DNA of 64,000 bases, from contig OX597831.1 in NCBI GenBank assembly GCA_951406725.2, positions 74,276,001-74,340,000 of the forward strand. Reading direction: 5' to 3'. The stretch is from Octopus vulgaris. Its lineage: Eukaryota. Position numbers and translations under genes: made by a program. This document shows, in pieces, positions 54,858-64,000 of this stretch (its first letter is position 1; each line of letters starts with the position of its first letter). The notes beneath the pieces are model-generated. The model was not told the origin of the DNA and searched no databases. It was given only the letters and a program-made list of their open reading frames with translations.

Positions 54858-56267
54858 GTGATACACCCACATGTGCAAACTTCTATGAACCATACTTACA
54901 TGTGAACATACATACATTCATCCAACTCTATTCAGGCATACATGCATACACCTGTATCTATGCGCATACACACACATGCATACATACATATATACATACA
55001 TACATACATACATACATACATACATACATGCATGCATACATATATATATATATATATACATACATACATACATATATATACATACATACATATATATACA
55101 TACATACATGCATACATACATATATATATTTATATATATATACATATATACATATACATACATACATGTATACATGCATACATACAAGCATTCATACATA
55201 CAGTCATACACAGAGGCAGTCACCCAGCCATTTATTCAATTGTATACGTAACAATATGTCCCTTCTCCTCGATGATTCGCCATTCCAATCAGTCGTCATC
55301 TCTGTCGCTTAACGTCTGCTTCTCCATGTTCATCTATCATTTTCCCCTTCTCTTTTCAAACAATTTTCTCCACAAAAATTCAGAAAGAAGCTCCAACACT
55401 ACATTGCTTTTGTTTAATCGCGCTGTTTTGGCTTCCAAATTCGTTCCAAGTTCTAGATTGTTCGAAATATTTCACTAGATAATCATAATAGAACTGATCT
55501 GGTGAATTTTCTTTTAAATCGATTGGTTTCGTCTGGAAAACGGTGAGTGTTGTCGTTAATTTCACCACTGACTGGCAGGAAGTTCATCAATGATGTCGCC
55601 TTAACTTTGAACTGTCTCGTTTGGCCTCTGGAGTTGCACAAGAGCGGTCGACAAATCTGTCCGTTCGTCTACTTCACCTTGTTTGTGCACAGCTTACCTA
55701 TTACTTCAATTTGGAAAGGATCTTTTGATCAAAATCTAAGAAACACGAACGCACGTACTTAAGTATGTATGTATGTATGTATGTATGTATGTATGTATGT
55801 ATGTATGTATGTATGTATGTGTATACACTCACATATATATATATATATATACGTATATACACATATATATATTTATGTACATATATATATGCATGTGCAT
55901 GTGTATGTGTACGTGTACGTATATATATATATATATATATATAAATGTGTATATGTGTATATATATATTGGCACATATATGCATCATATGTGTATGTATA
56001 TATGCAAATCTATAAATGTGTATATGTGTGTGTATGTATGTCTGTGTGCAAGTGTATACGTAGATTATATATATACATATATATATATAGATATAGATAT
56101 ACAAATATATAGAGATATATATATATATAGATATATATATATACAAACATATATATTTACATACATTCATATATATATATACATGGAAATGGATGCGTCG
56201 CATTCAATTAAATAATAAATAATAAATAACAAATAATATATAATATATCATATACACATATACATAC

Positions 56268-56312
<45 letters not shown>

Positions 56313-56314
56313 TG

Positions 56315-56368
<54 letters not shown>

Positions 56369-56598
56369 TGTGTATATATGGGTACACGACGTCACCAATG
56401 GTGCAAATAACGTGTAATACGTAAACATATGTATCAGCTGTACTCTTTCGCCATAACTTTCTCTCATTCTTTCTTCTGTTGGCCTGCTCGCCTAGCCAGC
56501 ACGGTGGTGTCATTTCAAGGCTAAAGCAATGCGACGCGCATTGTGACCAGCGATGTGTAGCAACATCTGATAGCCTGGTCGGTCACGGTGATATATAT

Positions 56599-56654
<56 letters not shown>

Positions 56655-56658
<4 letters not shown>

Positions 56659-57571
56659 GTGCGATGGGTCAATAGGGTGCGATAATTTCACGCATGCGCA
56701 CCGTTTGCTTTTGATTTTGTTGACTACACAGTACAGTTGAGCACCGTTTGTGAGAAAAACACCACCATGACGCAATTCACTCCGCCTGAAATTTGGAGAC
56801 GCCGGAAGATTCAATATGAACTTTTCAGAATATTTGAATGTCAATCCGAGGACATTGCAATCTGAGGACATGTACTGAGAGTGATAAAACCCAAACATCC
56901 AGTCAACATCATGGCGTTTGGAGTGATCACTAGTAATGGCGACGTTAAGCCTCCATTCACATTCCTACTCGGCCTCACACTGAACGCGGAGGCGTACACC
57001 AAGTGCCTGGAGGAAGTAATGCTACCCGGAGTAAAGGAACTGGCTGTTGAAAGACACTATGTCTCGCAATAGGACTCTGCCCTATACCACACAAGCAAGA
57101 GAACCCAGTCATGGCTGTCAGAGAATTTCTGCGACTATATCACCCCTAACATCTGGCCACCTAACTCTCCAGACTGCAATATTATGTGTGGAGCGCAGTT
57201 GAGAGAGAGAAGTGAGAGAGGGAGAGAGAGAAAGAGAAAGAGAAAGAGAGAGAGAGAAAGAGAGAGAAAGAGAGAGACAGAGAGAGAGAGAGACTAAGAA
57301 AACATTTTGTAACACCAAAGATGAACTGAAGGCAAGGATTATGGCAGCATTCACCAACTTAAACAAGAAGACCGCCCAGAAAAGTTGCAGGTGATTCCGA
57401 AATCGTCTGGAGGCCGTGGTTAAAGCCAATGGCGATTTTATTTGATAAATTTACTCTTTAGTATTTCAAGATATTTTTATACAATTTTGGTAAATATATT
57501 TGATAAAATGAGATGTCAGTGTTATTTTCCTTTTTACGTAATATAGACGACAGTTTATTCACCGCACCTTG
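56655..57571 (+). mobile_element. maT-type (DD37D) element, internally deleted
   Basis: Homologous to 36530-37774 (KHPVNIMAFGVIT, WPPNSPDC); right TIR GACAGTTTATTCACCGCACCTTG; internal (GA)n expansion. Confidence 0.85.
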
Positions 57572-57588
57572 TGTGTGTGTGTGTGTGT

Positions 57589-57624
<36 letters not shown>

Positions 57625-57841
57625 TCAATAATAATTCTCTCTCCCTGATAATAAACTACAGATCCCTCTGTAGGGACTTGTTGCTCTATAACTCACGTGG
57701 GTGGACGAGGGAGGTTACAAAGTCTTATTCGTACTTTTTGAATTCGTTAGTACTGGCGGTCGAAGATGGTTTGTCTGAGATTACTCATATCAGACGGGTA
57801 TGTTCGATTTTTAGTGCTCTCAAATCCAAACCTAAAGAAAT

Positions 57842-57904
57842 CTTGGGCTGATGACGGAAATGTTGATCTCTATATCCAACTAATCCAGAAACGGCGTTCT
57901 CAAG
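57842..57904 (+). ncRNA. Candidate type I hammerhead motif
   Basis: CTTGGG CTGATGA c-GGA...TCC-a GAA AC ggc GT T^ CTCAAG: 6-bp stem I with one G-U pair, canonical core, weak stem II. Confidence 0.5.
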
Positions 57905-59253
57905 TAATCGATGTACGTGTGATCTTTCGTTATTTTTCCCCTCTATACCTGCGGGAATTATTTTTGAGTATACATTGTCTGGGAGACTTTTCTTATAGTA
58001 GAGGAAATAGCTAAAACTTTTTTGGCTGCTATTTCTAAAAGTTCGGTGTGTGGTAAAGTAAATTATTTTACTGAACCCTAATTATATAACGTAATGTTTT
58101 ATGTATATATATATATATACATATATATGTATATTGCAGATAATACGGTATCTGATTATGTAAGATAATTGTTGGTGCATACGATTAGGGCTCAGGTCGA
58201 CCTTCTGCTTAGACTCCAACTCTCGAGGGAGCTTAAATTGGAAGGATGTTATAGCTGCCTAAATGAAGATTGGCTATAAACAATGTATCGATCAAACCGA
58301 TACATATGTAATACAATAAAATGTTAGACAGTGAAACGATTGGTGTCTAGTTAGATAATGACATTTATTATATTTATACAATATATAGGGGGAAACGAAT
58401 GAGGATTTTAAATCACAAGAAACCTGTAAAATTCAATATGGTTGAAACAAATGCTGATGTACTGCAGGAATTATTCGAAAGTAAGTCTGAAGTATTCGTA
58501 TTCGATTGTAGGTTGAGATATTGTTTATACAGACGTTATAGTAACTTTCAATGCTGGCTCTAAAGTCTATAGAAAAGCTGCAGGGATAGCTTTAAAAATC
58601 ATATGTAAAATTCTAAACTGAAAGAGAAGGAATAAAAAGGAGGCAGGTATAGAAATTTCTGCCTTACAGCTGTTTCAAGAATAGACGCGCGGTTGGTGTA
58701 ATTCCCTGTAAGCAATCTGCAACTAGCAGACTTCTTACAGTAGCAATATATACCATATGTATGCATGCCTATGTGTGTGTATAGATACACACACGTATGA
58801 ATGTGTGTGTGTATAGATACACACAAGTATGAATGTGTGTGTGTATACACGCACACACACACAGACACACACACAAATGTATGTGTCAAATTAATTTCGT
58901 ATATAAAAGCGATTTGCATAGAGATTTTTATTTCTATGTGTGACTATGTTTGTGAATTTACGTATGTATTACTGTATGCATTTGTTCAGCAACTTCTATG
59001 TATGTCTGTAAATGTATGCAAGTATTTATGAGTCTATATTTATATGTGGTTGTCATATTTTATGCATGAGCCAATGCATATATGATTAGGCGGGGTTTTA
59101 TGTACGTTGAGCATACGTGTATGCACTTGAGTGTTTGCTTGAATCTGTATTAGATGTGCATATACGTATGCATGCATTAATATTATGTGTGCTTATATCT
59201 AAAATATATGTGTATATGTACCCGCATGTAGATGTGTGCTTATTGTAAGAATA

Positions 59254-59392
<139 letters not shown>

Positions 59393-59487
59393 TTATGTGT
59401 GTGTGTGTATGTGTCTGATAAACAGACAGATAGATATATATAAATGGATATATTAATGGATATATATATATAGAGAGAGAGAGATAG

Positions 59488-59570
<83 letters not shown>

Positions 59571-59709
59571 GATAAATAAATAATTAGATATAGGATTGAT
59601 AAATAAAGAATAAATATAAAAAGCAAATACATCTACATATACATGTATATACGTGTTTGCACGTGTGACTGTATGTGTGCGCGTGTGTGTGTATTGCATA
59701 TACTATTTC

Positions 59710-59749
<40 letters not shown>

Positions 59750-60039
59750 TGTGTCTGTGTGTGTGCATGCTTGTGTGTAGATGTATTCTTAGACAAAATA
59801 TCTAATGGTTCGTTATAAAACGAAATCGAAATGTTATTTTCATGTTTTAAGGTTCCCATAAAATGTTAGTGCTCTATAAAATGTTTCCAGGTTTTTATCA
59901 CCGAAACGAAATGGAGAATTTTCTGAATCGAAACATTTTAAAACTTTGCAAAGTCATTAATTTTTCTCTATCTGATTTTCATGTCCTGCTTTAAATTTTT
60001 ATCTTTTATCGTTTTCTTATCTCCATTTATATATATATA

Positions 60040-60118
<79 letters not shown>

Positions 60119-60738
60119 TCACACACACACACATACACACACACATGCATACACACATAAACATACAAGATAATATTGTTCAATCCTACGAACTCAGCCT
60201 TGGAATAGTAATGTATACATATACATACGTGCATATACGTATGTATGTATGTATGTATGTATGTATGTATGGATGGATGGATGGATGGATGGATATGCAT
60301 GAAATTGAAATTGATAGAATCGTTGATACTGTCGAAGAAAGTACTAAAAGCTCGACTAATGTTGTGAAAAGGATTTTATTTGATAAAGGTGACATTTTGG
60401 GGATTATCATGGAGTTTTTCCTGATAGGCCGATGAGTAAGATGATCTCTGGAAAGAAGTTACAGGTTTTATTATTTCTCTCATATGTTTTACATTCAGTA
60501 CGCATACTTCATTTACAATGATGCAGTATTGAAGCCAAAGAAACATCTGTCCTAATTCCTAAAGGAATGCCTGTGCAATTAATATTTCAATTTAAATGGG
60601 TTTCGAGGCATACCAGCATAAGCTACTTAGTTGCTGTCAGGGTAACTGAACATTGTATCCCCTGAAACATATTCTAGTAGACAATTGTTGGAATAAGAGC
60701 ATTTGCATAGGGAGATGTTCTAGTTTTGTCACGTTTAC

Positions 60739-60804
60739 TAAATCCTTAAATCCTTAAAAATGTTTTAGCCCGAAGGCCGCGGCCATGCTGGGGCACCACC
60801 GCTG
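60739..60804 (-). mobile_element. Very short 3'-terminal LINE-like fragment
   Basis: Matches 23825-23892; (AAGGATTT)2 tail on the minus strand. Confidence 0.55.
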
Positions 60805-61668
60805 AGTTTAAAATTTATTATAATGTACTAAATTACAGTCACAGTTCTAGCTGATATTATGCTTTTAATAACTGGTGGTACTTATTGTTTAAGTGAAAAG
60901 CTTCTGAAGGAACTAAAAGAAAACTTGCATCAATTGATTGCCTGTTGTTATATTTTTGTTTTAACTGAGGCGGGAAGGATATGTTGCTCTGCAAAAGAGT
61001 TCCTCTTTAAAGCTACCTCAAGCCAAAACTTCACTGTAACATGCCTCGTAAAAAATTCACTCGTTGGTGAAAGTTAAGGAAGACCAAGTGAGGTGTTCGG
61101 GATAAGCTTCTAGAAATTATTTCTGGGGTGGTTAGAGTGTCTGTAGATATAATACATTACATTAAATGAGTGATGTCGGGTAATGAAGAAGATTCGTGTG
61201 GTCTAATGTAACATCAAGATAGGTCGCTTTTGGGAAATAAACTTCGACTGTTATTCAAAAGCCTAAGTTCTTTGAAAAGTTGAGAACCCATCGGTTGCAT
61301 GTGAGTTGGTATTATTCAAAATCAAAAACCCGTCGTCTCTATAAAAGCCGCTCACGAATTGTTATACATGCTCGAATGACATCCGTGAAATATAACGATA
61401 ACTTCAAGATCAAGTTAGAAAACATCAACAATCCACTGCTCGATGTTATTACGGATACCCTGGACTCCGCGGAAGTCAACTCCTACTTCGTTGACCTCTA
61501 CGTATTGCACAAAATGAAAACCGGAATTTCTGAAATAACAACCACCACCGTTGCCGCCCTACCAGCGCTACTGCTACCATCAACAACAGTAACAAGTATC
61601 AGCATCAAAACCATTACTACCAACTAAATATGTGCGCATGCGTGTGTGTATGAGTGTGTATATATATA

Positions 61669-61748
<80 letters not shown>

Positions 61749-61751
61749 TGT

Positions 61752-61788
<37 letters not shown>

Positions 61789-62307
61789 GCGAACTTATGC
61801 ATTTCTATCTGATTGGATTGGCAACTGAGTTTAAGCTACACACACACATAAACACACACCGATACACGCATACACATTCAACCACATAAACACATGCACA
61901 AACAGAGGCAGACACATACTGATACACCCACGTTCCCTCCAGTCGCCTGACAATCAAATTAACCCTTTCTTGGTCAGGTAATTGAGTGATTGGACGTTAA
62001 ACTGGATTTTCGACCAAATACATTTCCAATAAACACATTCACACTTACACATGGCACACATACACGCAAAAACGCAAATGCATACGCCTTCACTTCACAC
62101 ACATATACATGCACACAGGTACATACACACACGTACACATACGCTAATACACACGCCCTATCACGCCACACGTACACACGGTGGCATACAGTCATTCACA
62201 TCACATTTCTGCATACATACATATACACATACACGTCTACACATACACACATATACATACAGTTACAGAAGCGTAAAGACTTCTTTCGCATCATACACAA
62301 GCATATA

Positions 62308-62472
62308 GGCGCAGGAGTGGCTGTGTGGTAAGTAGCTTGCTAACCAACCACATGGTTTCGGGTTCAGTCCCACTGCGTGGCACCTTGGGCAAGTGTCTTC
62401 TACTATAGCCCCGAGCCGACCAAGGCCTTGTGAATGGATTTGGTAGACAGAAACTGAAAGAAGCCTGTCGTA

Positions 62473-62503
<31 letters not shown>

Positions 62504-62505
62504 GG

Positions 62506-62544
<39 letters not shown>

Positions 62545-62760
62545 TTGTGTGTCTGTGTTTGTCCCCCTAGCATTGCCTGACAACCGATGCTGTTGTGTTT
62601 ACGTCCCCGTCACTTAGCGGTTCGACAAAAGAGACCGATAGAATAAGTACTGAGCTTACAAAGAATAAGTCCCGGGGTCGATTTGCTCGACTAAAAAGGC
62701 GGTGCTCCAGCATGGCAGCAGTCAAATGACTGAAACAAGTAAAAAGAGTAAAAGAGAGTA
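62308..62760 (+). mobile_element. SINE family 1, copy 5 (complete)
   Basis: Head, CORE-like motif, internal (TA)n and AGTAAAAG tandem tail. Confidence 0.9.
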
Positions 62761-62852
62761 TATAAGATACACATATATACACAAGTGCGCATGCCCAAAC
62801 ACACGCATGTTCCTATCACACATGTAAAAGTACATATATACACACACACACA

Positions 62853-62885
<33 letters not shown>

Positions 62886-63537
62886 TTCTTCATTTCATAG
62901 ACATATACACACAAATACATAAACGTAAAAGAAAGTGGATCTCCGTCGTCTTCGACGGTGTGTATCCAAGTTGCTCAATCAACTGTTTCTGACCGGCAAA
63001 ATCAGGATGATGAAATATGTGACAAAGTCAGCCATTTCACTTCCTAGTACATTCAATGTGACGGGATTCCTTATAGTTTCCTTAAAATCAGTTTTATTCA
63101 CAAATCTTGGGCGGAGCCGAAGCTATGGTGAAAGACACTTGTACATTGATACCACAGAATCGGATCGAAACTTTGATCACGCGGTTGCAAAGTGAACTTT
63201 TTAACCATGCAACCTGCGCGAGCGTGCAACACACACAACCACACACGCACTCATGTACACACATACACATACACTTAAGAACACTCAAATTATCCGAAGG
63301 CGGACAAGAGAAATACTGTCCCCGTTAATGTATAATGGAAAAGGAGGATGCTTAATTCATGATGTTCCTACATCTTGGGGGAAACATAGACTCCTGTTGC
63401 TCATTAATTTCTAAGAGGGGACGATTAAAATTAAGCCTGTCCTTTGTGTGTAATTCCTGCACCCGGAGCAGCCCCCCACAACTGTGGAACAGAAGATCCC
63501 AGGTTGCATTCCAGTAGTAGTAGTTGTGGTGGTACGG

Positions 63538-63572
<35 letters not shown>

Positions 63573-63637
63573 AGACAATAGTAGTAGTTATGGTGGTGGT
63601 GGTGGTGGTGGTGGTGGTGGTGGTGGTGGTGGTGGTG

Positions 63638-63827
63638 TGCGGTATTTCGGCTGCCGTTACGTTGTGAGTTCAAATTCCGCCGAGGTCGACTTTGCCTTTC
63701 ATCCTTTCGGGGTCGATAAATTAAGTACCAGTTTCGCACTGGGGTCGATGTAATCGACTTAATCCGTTTGTCTGTCCTTGCTTGTCCCCTCTGTGTTTAG
63801 CCCCTTGTGGATAGTAAAGAAATAGGT
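63638..63827 (+). mobile_element. SINE family 2, copy lacking 5' head
   Basis: Near-identical to 4493-4681. Confidence 0.82.
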
Positions 63828-63828
63828 A

Positions 63829-63874
<46 letters not shown>

Positions 63875-64000
63875 CGGTAGCAACAGTTGTTGTTGCTGTT
63901 TTTATGTTCCTGTTTTACATTAAAGCAATTACATTTTCGTAAACAATCTGCAAACATATCACAGATTCCTTTTTTAAAAATTTATTTAACTTGTTTTTGT

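Overview
AT-rich, microsatellite-saturated eukaryotic DNA. The repeat complement (tRNA-derived CORE-type SINEs, dense (TA)n/(CA)n/(TAGA)n) suggests a cephalopod, probably Octopus; this is an inference. Almost all ORFs in the track are simple-repeat artefacts. Decayed transposable elements include two full-length and one rearranged mariner (DD34D), one Tc1 (DD34E), three maT-type (DD37D) copies, a Gypsy element lacking RT/RNase H, a second Gypsy gag relic, RTE LINE fragments, two short Helitron-like elements and three SINE families. Three observations stand out. (1) About a dozen type-I hammerhead ribozyme motifs lie in Penelope-like terminal remnants next to (TA)n, often in fold-back configuration; four of them, from two unrelated repeats, share a non-canonical CUGUNGA core, and one palindrome encodes a hammerhead on each strand. 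(2) An intronless head-to-head ORF pair (a 98-aa Cys-rich two-TM protein and a 593-aa Lys/Arg-rich then Glu-rich protein) has only 123 bp between its start codons, with a perfect CRE in that gap. (3) A 117-bp inverted copy of nearby unique DNA is inserted into a Gypsy gag. All coordinates, alignments and RNA folds were read by eye.
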